A stretch of DNA of 64,000 nt from NCBI GenBank assembly GCA_963799775.1, contig CAWCYD010000003.1, positions 1,280,001-1,344,000 of the forward strand. Reading direction: 5' to 3'. Source of the stretch: an uncultured archaeon (lineage in GTDB: Archaea; Thermoproteota; Nitrososphaeria; Nitrososphaerales; Gagatemarchaeaceae). Of the stretch, positions 51,751-61,787 are shown piece by piece. Within the stretch, counting starts at the first letter, position 1, and the number at the start of each line of letters is the position of its first letter. The position numbers and the translations under genes are program-made. The notes under the pieces were generated by a model that worked only from the letters and a program-made list of their open reading frames with translations, was not told where the DNA came from and searched no databases.

Positions 51751-53845
51751 TTATCTCGGATCGTAACGGAAGAGCAGCAGCGAGTTGGCTATCACAGTCA
51801 CCGAGCTGATGGCCATCGCGCCGGCCGCAAGGAACGGCAGGACCGAGTAGATCCCCGGTCCCCACACGGGCACGAGCGCCCCTGCGGCGATGGGGATGAG
51901 CACGATGTTGTATGCGAACGCCCAGAACAGGTTCTGCTTGATCTTTGAGAGCGTCTTTCGGCTCAGCCTGGTAGCGACCGCCACGTTCGCCAGGTCGTCG
52001 TTGACCAAGACGATCCCGCCTGTCTCCTTTGCGATGTCGGTCCCGCTTCCGATCGCCATTCCGACGTCGGCCTTTGCGAGCGCAGGCGCGTCGTTGATGC
52101 CGTCGCCCACCATGGCGACCACGTGCCCTTCCTTCTGCATCCTCTCTATCTCCTCCTCCTTCTGTCCCGGGAGCAGCTCCGCGGTGAACCTCTTGATGCC
52201 CAGGCTCTCCGCGATGGTCGCTGCGGTCCGCCGGTTGTCGCCCGTCAGCATCACGACCTCGATCTTCATCGCCTGAAGGGCTTCGACCGTCGGTCTTGCG
52301 GAGGGCTTCGCCGTGTCCGCCACCGCCACGACTCCTTCGACCCTGCCTTCGACGGCGACCATCATCGCGGTCTTCCCCTGCGCTTCTAGTCCAGACATTC
52401 TCTCTTCTGCTGGAGAGATATCGACGGCGTTGGCTCCCATTAGGCGCCTGTTCCCGAGAAGCACTGTCTTCCCCTCGACCTTTGCCTTGACGCCCATCCC
52501 CGCCACGGCCTCAAAGTCCTCCGGATCTGAGACCTGAACGCCTCGGGTCGTCGCTTCACGGAGAATCGCCACTCCTATGGGGTGCTCGGAACCCTTCTCC
52601 ACCGACGCTGCGAGATGCATGATGGCGTCGGGAGAGAGCAGTCCGACAGGGAGAAGGTCTGTCACCGAGGGCTTCCCGATGGTCAACGTGCCCGTCTTGT
52701 CGAAGGCCACGGTGTCGACCCTTGCCGCGCGTTCGAGGTTCTCGCCTCCTTTGATGAGCACCCCGCACGAGGCCCCTTTGCTGGTCCCGACGAGGAGAGC
52801 CGCGGGCGTCGCGACGCCGAGCGCGCACGGGCACGCTATCACCACTACAGAGACGAAGGCGAGGACAGAGAAAGCAAGGCTAAGATTACCGAGGAAGTAC
52901 CAGAAGACCGCGGCGAGCGTGGCCGCCGATATCACGATAGGGACGAAGTATGAGGCGATCCTGTCTGCGAGGCGCTGGATGGGCGCCCTCCCCGCCTGGG
53001 CCTGCTCCACGAGCTTGACTATCTGGAATAGAGCTGTGTCCTGGCCGACCTTCTCGGCCCTTATCCTCAGCAGCCCGGACCTGTTCATGGTCGCTCCTAT
53101 CACCCGTTCGCCGGGGTGCTTCTCCGACGGCATGCTCTCACCTGTGACCATCGACTCGTCGACGGCGGACCGACCCTCGACGACGACCCCGTCCACCGGC
53201 ACCTTCTCTCCGGGCCTGACCACGATCAAATCCCCGACCGCGACTTGCTCAACAGGGCCATCGACCTCGTTACCGCCCTCTTCGACTCTCCGGGCCGTGG
53301 TGGGTCGGAGGTCCAGGAGCTTCCTTACCGCGGCTGACGCTCGGTTCTTCGTGGCGTGCTCGAGGAACCGCCCCGCAAGGACGAGTGTGATTATAACCGC
53401 GGCGCTGTCAAAGTACACGCCAGATGAGGGAAAGTATCCCGGAGCGAAGGTCACTACGGTCGAGTAGGCCCACGCGGCCGAGGTGCACCACTGCGATCAG
53501 CGAGTCCATGTTCCCCATCCTGCTCTTCAGCCCGTCATAGGCGCCCCTGTAGAAGCGCCAGCCGATGACGAACTGCAGCGGCGTCTCCAGGGCGAAGAGG
53601 ACGTAGTCGTTCGCCCGCGACGGCAGGAGGTCGAGATACGTCAGGAGCAAGATGGGAATCGAGAGGACCACCGCTAAGATGAGCTCGATCTTGAGCGTCC
53701 GGAGCTCCTTCTCTGGGGCGAGGAACTCCCGCATGCAGCTCTCGCTGCAAAAGTAGTAGGTGACGCCCCTTACCTCGGCCTTCAGCTCCGCTGTCTTCTC
53801 GTCCACGAACATTCCGCACACAGGATCGGCCGCTATTGTTTCCAC
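51751..53845 (-). CDS. copA: Cu(I)-translocating P1B-type ATPase with N-terminal YHS/TRASH domain (frameshift ~53485)
   Basis: DPVCGM...YYFCS..C; [28 protein letters not shown]..., MAISS. Confidence 0.95.
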
Positions 53846-53912
53846 TCGCCCGATTGGTCGGGGTCGTTTGCCATCGTTGGAGCGAGGGGCGCCAGAGGTC
53901 TTAAACCCCTGT

Positions 53913-53928
53913 CCTTACGAATGTAAAG
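53913..53928. promoter_or_regulatory. Putative CopR operator at the copA promoter
   Basis: CCTTAC-gaat-GTAAAG, 7 nt upstream of the minus-strand TTTAAG box (53900-53905). Confidence 0.65.
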
Positions 53929-53937
53929 CTGTTTTGC

Positions 53938-54537
53938 TCACTTGCGTTTAGGCTTCGCGAGCCTCGACCCGAACTTGTCGAGGTAGGCGTTCCTACAGGT
54001 CTTGCAACAGAAGTAGTACCGCGCAGAGCTACCCACAATCGTGTACGGCCTCGCTCTAGCTATCTCCTCATGGCAGTAGTCGCACTTCAGGTTCATGGTG
54101 AGATTGGTCGCCGAAAGAGGCGTGGGTTCTTCCTTGACGACGCTCGTTATAATATGACTCGAAGTGACTCTGACATCTGGCCTCGCGAGCACGTTGCGAT
54201 TAAGAAAAGGCTGAAGACCGCCAACATCGTCCAAGGCAACCTTCATGATCATCCCCTGGCCCGTCGTGATGTAGATGTCTTCGACCTCGGGCAGTTTCGA
54301 GAGGTCGCGCGCGATCTTCTCGGCCGTCGACGAGTTCACTTTCAGGGAAATCACGGCAAAGACTCGGCGGCTCAGGGACTCCGCAGAGAGTATAGGAACG
54401 AATTTCTTGATCATGCCTGCCTTAATCATTCGACCTATCCGCGAGGAGACTGTCGGGGTGGTCAGCGCGGTCCTTTTCGCAATCTCCCTGAACGAAGCCC
54501 TCCCCTCGACCATGAGGCACCTCAAGGATGCGGGCAT
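53938..54537 (-). CDS. copR: CopR/CopT-type Lrp regulator with C-terminal TRASH domain
   Basis: HTH, RAM domain, CDYC...YYFCCKTC. Confidence 0.88.
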   Translation of the reverse strand: MPASLRCLMVEGRASFREIAKRTALTTPTVSSRIGRMIKAGMIKKFVPILSAESLSRRVFAVISLKVNSSTAEKIARDLSKLPEVEDIYITTGQGMIMKVALDDVGGLQPFLNRNVLARPDVRVTSSHIITSVVKEEPTPLSATNLTMNLKCDYCHEEIARARPYTIVGSSARYYFCCKTCRNAYLDKFGSRLAKPKRK

Positions 54538-54587
54538 CGGTTTCGTCGGGCTTCAAGGGAACGTCGAAGACGAGGTACCCTTAAAGG

Positions 54588-54603
54588 CTTTACGTTTGTA
54601 AAG
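54588..54603. promoter_or_regulatory. Putative CopR operator between copR and the YHS chaperone gene
   Basis: Perfect palindrome CTTTAC-gttt-GTAAAG. Confidence 0.7.
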
Positions 54604-54649
54604 GATAGATTTGATATAGGGATGGCGGTCACTCTCTGTTGAGACACCT

Positions 54650-54799
54650 TTGACGAGAGACCCTGTGTGCGGAATGATGGTAGACGAGAAGAAGACGAAG
54701 CTATGCTCGGAGCATGACGGCCACGCCTTCTGCTTCTGCTCGCAAGCCTGCAAGGCAGCCTTCGACAAGGGCCCGCACAGATACGGCCACGTGCACTAG
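54650..54799 (+). CDS. Small YHS/TRASH metallochaperone (49 aa, below ORF cutoff)
   Basis: MTRDPVCGMMVDEKKTKLCSEHDGHAFCFCSQACKAAFDKGPHRYGHVH. Confidence 0.85.
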   Translation: MTRDPVCGMMVDEKKTKLCSEHDGHAFCFCSQACKAAFDKGPHRYGHVH

Positions 54800-54875
54800 A
54801 ATTGCGCGGCCCACGACCCTGCGCATGAGTAATTCGCATCGCCCTTAAAGGGAAGGGCGTGGTCTTCGGGCACTG

Positions 54876-55697
54876 ATGCTCGAGGGCAAGGCCTGCATGG
54901 TCACCGGGGCGAACTCGGGCATGGGCAAGGAGACGGCCATGGCGTTGGCGCAGATGAAAGCCAACGTGGTGATGGTCTGCAGGGACGAGGCCAAAGGCAA
55001 GGCCGCGAGGCGAGAGATCTCGAAGAAGACAGGTAACGACTCTGTGGACCTCCTGCTCTGCGATTTTTCAGCCCTCGAGAATGTCCGAGGGCTGGCCGCT
55101 GAAGCGCGGAGCCGCTACGGCAAGCTACATGTCCTGGTCAACAACGCCGGTCTGTTCACCTTCACGGGGAGGACGAAGGACGGGTTCGAGACGACGTTCG
55201 AGGTGAACTACCTGGCGCCCTTTCTCTTGACGAACCTGTTGCTTGAGCTCTTGAAGTCCAGCGCTCCGTCCCGAATCGTCAACGTCTCCTCCGTGGCGCA
55301 CTTCAGCGGGCACATCGACGTGCCTGCGATCGAGAAGAAGGACACGCCATCGGGATGGGCGGGCTACGGCACCTCCAAGCTGGCGCTCGTGATGTTCACG
55401 TACGAGCTGGCAAGGAGGCTACAGGGGACCGGGGTGACCGCCAACTGTCTGCACCCGGGAGGAGTCGCCATTGGCATATGGCGGATGCCGACCGCTCTCA
55501 CCAGGCCCTTCATGAAGAGCGCGAAGGAAGGCGCGCAGACCGCAATCTACCTGGCTTCGTCCCCAGACGTGGAGGGCGTGTCAGGCAAGTACTTCGAGAA
55601 CAAGGCGGCCAAGGACTCCTCGGACGAGTCCCATGACGAAGCAAAGGCACGGCTCCTGTGGGACGCGACATGGAGACTAGTTGGGCTTCCGGCCTGA
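54876..55697 (+). CDS. SDR oxidoreductase (retinol-dehydrogenase-like)
   Basis: TGANSGMG, NNAG, YGTSK, LHPG. Confidence 0.92.
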   Translation: MLEGKACMVTGANSGMGKETAMALAQMKANVVMVCRDEAKGKAARREISKKTGNDSVDLLLCDFSALENVRGLAAEARSRYGKLHVLVNNAGLFTFTGRTKDGFETTFEVNYLAPFLLTNLLLELLKSSAPSRIVNVSSVAHFSGHIDVPAIEKKDTPSGWAGYGTSKLALVMFTYELARRLQGTGVTANCLHPGGVAIGIWRMPTALTRPFMKSAKEGAQTAIYLASSPDVEGVSGKYFENKAAKDSSDESHDEAKARLLWDATWRLVGLPA

Positions 55698-55720
55698 CTG
55701 CCTATCGGGAACTCTGACGT

Positions 55721-56086
55721 CTATTTCTTTCCGCGAGCTGTGTTCAGGGAGTGATCTTCGGACCCGCCCGTGCTGATGTCAATCGACTTTTCTATCATGT
55801 GGACGAAAATCTTCCCGTCACCCACCTCGTTCGTGCTGGCGCTCTTGACAATCGCGTTCACCACCTTGTCCACGTCGGATGAGTCTACCACCACTTTCAC
55901 TATGACCCTGTGCACAACGTCGGTCGTCCAGGTCCACTTACCCCGGATGTAGGAATGCGTGATGACCTTGCCCCTTCCCCTGCCCTTGGCCTCGATCATC
56001 GTCACTCCGCTCACGCCGATGTCCTTCAGCGCTTTGTCGACGTCGGGGAACTTCTCGCTTCTGATTGTCGCCTCTACTTGCCTCAT
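55721..56086 (-). CDS. P-II family signal protein, non-canonical
   Basis: EA.IR.EK...V..AL...G..GVT..E..GRG...GDGKIFV. Confidence 0.88.
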   Translation of the reverse strand: MRQVEATIRSEKFPDVDKALKDIGVSGVTMIEAKGRGRGKVITHSYIRGKWTWTTDVVHRVIVKVVVDSSDVDKVVNAIVKSASTNEVGDGKIFVHMIEKSIDISTGGSEDHSLNTARGKK

Positions 56087-56206
56087 TCCTGCACTGGACA
56101 AGGTGTTAATTCGGCGTCCATTTCAGTGTAACTCTATTTAAGGATATTCGGAATTTCTCAAACATTTAGCAAGCTCGTGTCTAGATTCCTAGCCACATGT
56201 TTGGGC

Positions 56207-56440
56207 TTACTTTCTCTTGCGTGACTTGCGTTTGGGTTTCTTCTTTGCGGCGCGCTTCTTCTTCCTTGAAGCAGGTTTCTTCTTCTTTCGCCGTGTGCCT
56301 TTGCTGGCGGGTCTTGACCCCTGGCTAATCTTCTCGTCCTCTCTATCTTCTATCTTCTCCGTCTCTGCGTCCTCAGTCTCCTCCTCCGTCTCTTCCTCAA
56401 GTTCGCCGTCTTCAGGTTCGCCGGCCTCCACCACCTCCAC
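56207..56440 (-). CDS. Disordered protein with acidic block then K/R block (frame open to ~56560; start uncertain)
   Basis: EDGELEEETEEETEDAETE...RRKKKKPASRKKKRAAKKKPKRKSRKRK. Confidence 0.55.
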   Translation of the reverse strand: MEVVEAGEPEDGELEEETEEETEDAETEKIEDREDEKISQGSRPASKGTRRKKKKPASRKKKRAAKKKPKRKSRKRK

Positions 56441-56675
56441 ATCGGGAACCGCCTCCGCCTCCCTCTCCTCGATGATTGACTCGGTTTCTTGCTCGTCGTT
56501 TGAGGCCGTTTCGACTTCGCCTGCTAGAGGGTAGGTTGAGGCCGAATTTATTGGTGCGCATCGTCAGGCAGATCTAGGAGCAGTCTGGAGGAGCTGAGAG
56601 TCTCGTTCTCATCTTTTGAGAATCGGATGGTGGCCTTAACTAAGGCCAAGCAGAATCCAAATCAAGTGATAAAGT

Positions 56676-57485
56676 GTGAGCGTTAGCATGCAAGAAGCTA
56701 GGAAGACCCCGTTCGACCTCGGAGGCAAGAATGCAGTCGTGACCGGAGGTGCGATGGGGATAGGCTTTGGGATCTCGAAACGGCTCGCTGAAGCAGGGGC
56801 GAACGTGCTCATCGCGGACGTGAACGCAGCCGCCGCAGAGGCTGCCGCTCAGAGGCTAAGCGGGTTGCGCGGCAGAGGCGCCGCCATTCAAGCCGACGTC
56901 ACGGAAGACGGGATCGGCGACAGGATCGCGAACAAGTGCGTCGAACTCTTCGGCTCGATTGACATCCTCGTCAACGATGCAGGAATATACCCCACATCCC
57001 CGGTCCTTCAGATGACTCCGGAGTTCTTCGAGAGAGTTTACAAGATCAACCTGAAGGGACTTATCTTTATTTCTAAAGCCGCGGCGTCAAGGATGGTCGA
57101 GAGAGGAAAAGGGGGTAAGATCATAAACATCGCCTCGATTGACTCCTTCCACCCTTCGGCGGTTGGTTTGGCCGCCTACGATGCCACCAAGGGAGGCGTC
57201 CTGATGTTCACGAAGGCCCTTGCTCTCGAGCTTGCTCCTAGGGGCATCGCCGTGAACGCTATCGCCCCGGGAGGCATAGCCACCGAGGGGGCATCAAAGC
57301 CCCTGGTCGGGATGACTGAAGAGCAGACGGCCCAGATGATGAAGGCGTTCACTGCCAGGATCCCGTTTGGGAGGATAGGCGTCCCTGACGACATCGGGAA
57401 AGTCGCCGTCTTCCTCGCCTCGTCGGCCTCCGACTACATGACCGGGCAGACAATCGTCGTCGACGGCGGCATGCTTCTCAGCTAG
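56676..57485 (+). CDS. SDR oxidoreductase (FabG-like)
   Basis: TGGAMGIG, VNDAG, YDATK, NAIAPG, VDGG. Confidence 0.93.
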   Translation: MSVSMQEARKTPFDLGGKNAVVTGGAMGIGFGISKRLAEAGANVLIADVNAAAAEAAAQRLSGLRGRGAAIQADVTEDGIGDRIANKCVELFGSIDILVNDAGIYPTSPVLQMTPEFFERVYKINLKGLIFISKAAASRMVERGKGGKIINIASIDSFHPSAVGLAAYDATKGGVLMFTKALALELAPRGIAVNAIAPGGIATEGASKPLVGMTEEQTAQMMKAFTARIPFGRIGVPDDIGKVAVFLASSASDYMTGQTIVVDGGMLLS

Positions 57486-57529
57486 TCCCCTGTCGTCCGC
57501 CCTGCCGAAGGCCAAGGCTCGTCGAAGGC

Positions 57530-57970
57530 TCAGCGGATCTTGACCTTGTTCCCCCTCTTTGCGATGGGGAACTTCACCCTCAGCAGTCCGTTCCGGAACG
57601 TCGCCTTCGCTTTCTCGGGTTGCACGATGGTCGGAAGGTTGATGCGGACGTTGTAGCGCTCGAATACGACGCTCTTCTGGACGCTTCCCCCGACCATCAG
57701 GTTGACAGGCTTCCTCGTCTTGGCGTCGAGTTCGACAGAGTTCTCCGTGGAGGTCAGCGCGATGTCTTTCTTCTCCACATAGGGAAGGTCGAAGGTCACG
57801 GTGACCGCCCCTCCTGTCGTGTCTATTCTGTAGAGGGGCCTCAGGCTCTTTGAGCCCAAATTGAAGAGAGGCCTCGCCTCCCCGAAGAAGTAGTCGAAGA
57901 GCGATTGGAGCGCCGCGGGGCCCGGGAGCGCGAGGTCACCGAGGGATTCAGGCTCATCGTCGTCGCTCAT
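57530..57970 (-). CDS. Hsp20/alpha-crystallin small heat-shock protein
   Basis: DLP.V.K.DI, I.LP..V....AKATFRNGLL.V.FP; GGAGG upstream of ATG 57970. Confidence 0.88.
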   Translation of the reverse strand: MSDDDEPESLGDLALPGPAALQSLFDYFFGEARPLFNLGSKSLRPLYRIDTTGGAVTVTFDLPYVEKKDIALTSTENSVELDAKTRKPVNLMVGGSVQKSVVFERYNVRINLPTIVQPEKAKATFRNGLLRVKFPIAKRGNKVKIR

Positions 57971-57984
57971 GCTCTTCCCTCCTC

Positions 57985-58849
57985 CTAACGATACACCGTG
58001 GGCGTCGTCTGAGCCCCCTGTTGCTGGATGGCCTGTTGTGTCTGGCTCATCAGTTGCCTCATGTTGAGTCTTATCTCCTCGGCCCCTGTCAACAACGGCT
58101 TCACGTCGAGTGTTATCGAGAGGAGCTTGCTCAAGACCTGGAGAGCGGCAGCGGCCGCGCCTGGGTCCGGGAACTCCGCGTAGGACTCCGCCAGGAGCGT
58201 GAGATTGGGGAGGCGTCCGCTGATGCACTGTTTCAGCAGCGTGGCGTGGGTGCTCGTGACGACGCCGTGCTCGTATGGCTTCGCGCCTATCGTCTTCAGC
58301 GACCTTCGAAGGTCCCTCGTCGTTTGTCACCGCCAAGACGGCGGGTGCCCCGTCCCCGCCTGACTCCACTCTCTGCTCAGACGGGAGTCCGGTTATCCCG
58401 ACGACCATCTTTCCCCGCTTCGCCTTGCTCCAAGATACGACCTCTGACGCGAGCTCGTACGAGAGCCTCGGAAAGAGGGGGATGTCGGAGAGGACGACTG
58501 CCAGCGAGCCCTTGCCGAAGATCCGTATGGGCTGCTTTGGCTCGGAGTTTTGGACCACCATGACCTGCGGAAGGATGTCCGAGTCCACCTGTGCCACCTC
58601 TGGCAGTTGGAGGTGCTCGACTAGGTAGGAGGCGCCTATCGTGCCGACAAGGCCCATCTCAGGTACGCCCACAACGACGCTCGGCTTCGACAGTTTTTCG
58701 GTTCCTTGAAGGTCCTTGATCCGAAGCAGAGAGCCAGGTCGGGTCAAAGCCCCGTCCCCCAGCCGGAGGTCCTTTTGCTCATACGGACCCAAACGGAACG
58801 ACGCGAGCCGCAAATCCTGCCCATCGCCGGAACTCCCATGGGACGCCAA
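57985..58849 (-). CDS. PAC2-family proteasome assembly chaperone (PbaB-like, ends ...TVYR; frameshift ~58300)
   Basis: G.P..GLVG.I.A.YL, P.RI, FPDP.AA, L...AEEIR. Confidence 0.85.
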
Positions 58850-58958
58850 AGAGACGCTCTTCGAGCCGTGATCAGAGGTCTTGCCTGCTTTAAGCGCTTG
58901 GGAGACTCGTAGCCGAGGGTTCTGTGGTCGTCTCGACTTGTGGCCACCGGGTTTCTTG

Positions 58959-59904
58959 TCATCGATCGGGGAGGATGTCGCGAGAGATCATCGTCCCTAC
59001 AACCCAGTTGGGCTGGTCGACCACCTCGTGAACCCTGACATCAGCGGCGACGCTGCACAGCACGTAGGCGTCTTCCCTGGTAAGCTCGAAGGTCCGCGTA
59101 AGATAGTCGAGCATGTTTCGCACCGACTCTTTCGTGGCTAGCATCAGGTCGGACGCGATGCCGGTCGCCACGTAGTACCCCTTCGGCGGCCTCGGGTCTC
59201 CCTTGGTGTGGTATTGCGGCCAGCGGAGCCTCGACCCGCGCTCTATGGAGAACCTCAGCGTCGCCTCGCCCGCGCACTCTATCGCGCAGACGCAGACCTC
59301 GCCGTCTCCCATCGCGGCGTGGACGTCTCCGACGGAGAACAGAGCTCCGTCCACCCAGACCGGGATCTTGATCTTGCTCCCTGTGGTCAGGTGCCGGATG
59401 TCCATGTTCCCTCCGTGCTTCCCGGGCGGCATCACGTCGAACTCTCCCCTCTCAGGAGGGACGACTCCGAGGACCCCGCAGAAGGGCCGGATGGGGATTC
59501 TGATCCCCTTCTCGAACTTTGCGAACTTCTTGTCTCTGAGGGTCCCACTTGTAGAGATACGGCTTCTTGAACTCCTCGAGGAGCCCGAATCCGGGGATGA
59601 TCGCTGACCAGCCAAAGTCGGCTACCTTGACACTCAAGGTCTCTACCACTAGAGCGTCTCCGGGCCTCGCTCCCTCGACGAGGATAGGTCCGGCCAGAGG
59701 ATAGAATTTGGAGACGTCGATTCGAGCAAGATCCTCGGACTTTGAGTTCTTGTCTAGCTGCCAGGTAGCTACGTCGTTGATCTTGAAGGTAACAGCGTCT
59801 CCTTCTCTGATGGACAGCGCGGGTTTGTGCGACCTGCTCCATTTATAGTGAAATCTATCGAGCCCTATCTTGTGGTGCAACTCAGGTCTCAGGCCCTTTG
59901 GCAC
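58959..59904 (-). CDS. Acetamidase/formamidase family protein (frameshift ~59545)
   Basis: GPI.VEGA.PGD.L.V, PF.G..GV, HGGNMD, GD.HAAMGDGE. Confidence 0.9.
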
Positions 59905-59994
59905 CGCAGTCTAGTAATTCTTTCCGCGGAACCTCACCCATCGGACTTGGCTCTCCGCTCCAGGTTAATCTAGCTCCTCTGACTCACCGCGACC

Positions 59995-60945
59995 GTGCCG
60001 CGTTCGAGGATCTACTTCGTCACCGACGTGCACGGCTCCAACAAGTGCTTCAGGAAGTTCCTGAACGCGGCGGCGTTCTACAAGGCGGACGTCCTGATCC
60101 TGGGGGGAGACATAACGGGCAAGATGATGACGCCGATAGTGGAGGACGACGGGAAGTTCCGTTGCACCTACCAGGGGGCGGAGACCGTGATGAACAGCAC
60201 GGAGGAGGTGCACGAGTTCAGGAGAAAGGCGGCGGACAGCGGGGAGTACACGCACGTAGTCAGCCCGCCAGAGCTCGAAGAACTCAACGCCGACCCGGAG
60301 AGAGTCAGCAAGCTCTTCGCCAAGCTCATGGTGGAGAGGGTGCAGGAGTGGGTCGCCCTCGCGAAGGAGCGGCTCGGGAGGACCAACGTGAAGTGCTACA
60401 TCTCACCTGGCAACGACGACCTCTTCGAGATCGACCCGGTCCTGGGCTCGTCTGAGTACGTGATCAACCCCGAGGAACGGGTCCTGGAGATAGACGGAAG
60501 GCACGAGATGATTACATTGGGGACCACCAACCACACGCCCTGGCACAGCCCTAGAGAGGAGGACGAGGACGTCCTCGCCAAAAAGATCTCAGCGATGGCC
60601 GACAAGGTGAAGAACATCAAGGAGGCGATTTTCAACATACACGTCCCGCCCATCGACACCCCCATCGACCAGGCGCCTCGAATCGACGAGAACCTCAAGC
60701 TGGTCGTGAAAGCGGGGAACGTTGAGATGGTGTCGGCTGGGAGCTCGGCGTGCCGCCAGGCCATCATGAAGTACCAGCCGATGCTGGGCCTCCATGGGCA
60801 CATACACGAGTCCCGAGGGACCGTGATGCTTGGGAGGACATTGTGCGCGAACCCGGGGAGCGAGTACACCGATGGCATCCTGCGTGGCTTCCTGTGCGAA
60901 CTCGACAGCGAGAAGGTGAAGTCCTACATCCTGACCTCGGGCTGA
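59995..60945 (+). CDS. Calcineurin-like metallophosphoesterase (Icc-related)
   Basis: TDVHGS, GGD.TGK, GNDD, HVPP, GHIHE, NPGS. Confidence 0.92.
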   Translation: MPRSRIYFVTDVHGSNKCFRKFLNAAAFYKADVLILGGDITGKMMTPIVEDDGKFRCTYQGAETVMNSTEEVHEFRRKAADSGEYTHVVSPPELEELNADPERVSKLFAKLMVERVQEWVALAKERLGRTNVKCYISPGNDDLFEIDPVLGSSEYVINPEERVLEIDGRHEMITLGTTNHTPWHSPREEDEDVLAKKISAMADKVKNIKEAIFNIHVPPIDTPIDQAPRIDENLKLVVKAGNVEMVSAGSSACRQAIMKYQPMLGLHGHIHESRGTVMLGRTLCANPGSEYTDGILRGFLCELDSEKVKSYILTSG

Positions 60946-60948
60946 GGT

Positions 60949-61716
60949 CTATTCGCTTGCGACGACAGAGTCGTCGGGTTCTGGGAGCTCATACCACCGC
61001 TTCTTCTCTCCGACACGCGCCCTCATCTTCCAAGCGAAGCTCTTGGGTTCCTCCTCGATGACCTCGAGGAGCCTCCCCGACCTCGACTTCACTGTGCTCA
61101 CGTCCGCGGACGCGAGACCGAGGACATCGACGGCGTTCGCGAGCATCGATAGGTTGACCGTGAAAGTCTTGTAAATCCCCCAGTCGTTGGCGCACAGCTT
61201 GGCGATGTGGGCGCCGTTTATCGTCTCCCCATCTGTCAACCCAACATCGTGGTCAAGGAGTAAGGCTGCCATGTCCTTGAAGTCCTTGTCATTGATTTCG
61301 ACGATCTGGAGCTTTGTGGCGAGCAGGTCGGCAAGAGGCAGTGTCATGGGTTCAAGCTCAACCCTCTGGGAAAAGTCGAACTTGTGGCACATCTCGAAGA
61401 CATCGAGGAATACGTCGACGCGCCGAGTGTTGACCAGGTCGTTGAAGATCAGCCTCTTGCCTCCCATCATCGCGTTGAACCTATGGCGCGGCTCGTAGCC
61501 CATCTGGACGAAGAACTCGTTGATTGCCCTGGACTGTGTTTCATGAGCTACAAAGTCGATGTCGACGTAGTCCCGCTGAAGGAGTCTGTTTTCGGCGACG
61601 GAGGGGCACCTCAGCGCCACCGCGACCCCGCCGATGAGCCTCAGCACTACTTGCTTCTCTGAGGAGGCCTGGACAAGTCTCTTGGCTTCGGCCAGCACTC
61701 CGGGCAGCGCGCTCAA
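60949..61716 (-). CDS. Pol-beta-superfamily nucleotidyltransferase-like protein
   Basis: LIGGVAV...DIDF...VDVF, followed by LLATK and KD.KD helical domain. Confidence 0.75.
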   Translation of the reverse strand: MSALPGVLAEAKRLVQASSEKQVVLRLIGGVAVALRCPSVAENRLLQRDYVDIDFVAHETQSRAINEFFVQMGYEPRHRFNAMMGGKRLIFNDLVNTRRVDVFLDVFEMCHKFDFSQRVELEPMTLPLADLLATKLQIVEINDKDFKDMAALLLDHDVGLTDGETINGAHIAKLCANDWGIYKTFTVNLSMLANAVDVLGLASADVSTVKSRSGRLLEVIEEEPKSFAWKMRARVGEKKRWYELPEPDDSVVASE

Positions 61717-61787
61717 TCCATCGGGACGCTGTCCTGCTTCTTCTTTAGCCCTTCCCGCGAAGATTAAGAGAGACTGCTCCTCATTCT

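Noticed and set aside
11050-53467. Many long antisense or alternate-frame ORFs over real genes
   Set aside because: Expected shadows of high GC3 codon bias; no motifs.
57530-58849. Apparent PAC2-Hsp20 fusion (439-aa ORF)
   Set aside because: Frameshift artefact; PAC2 has its own stop at 57985 and Hsp20 its own SD and ATG.
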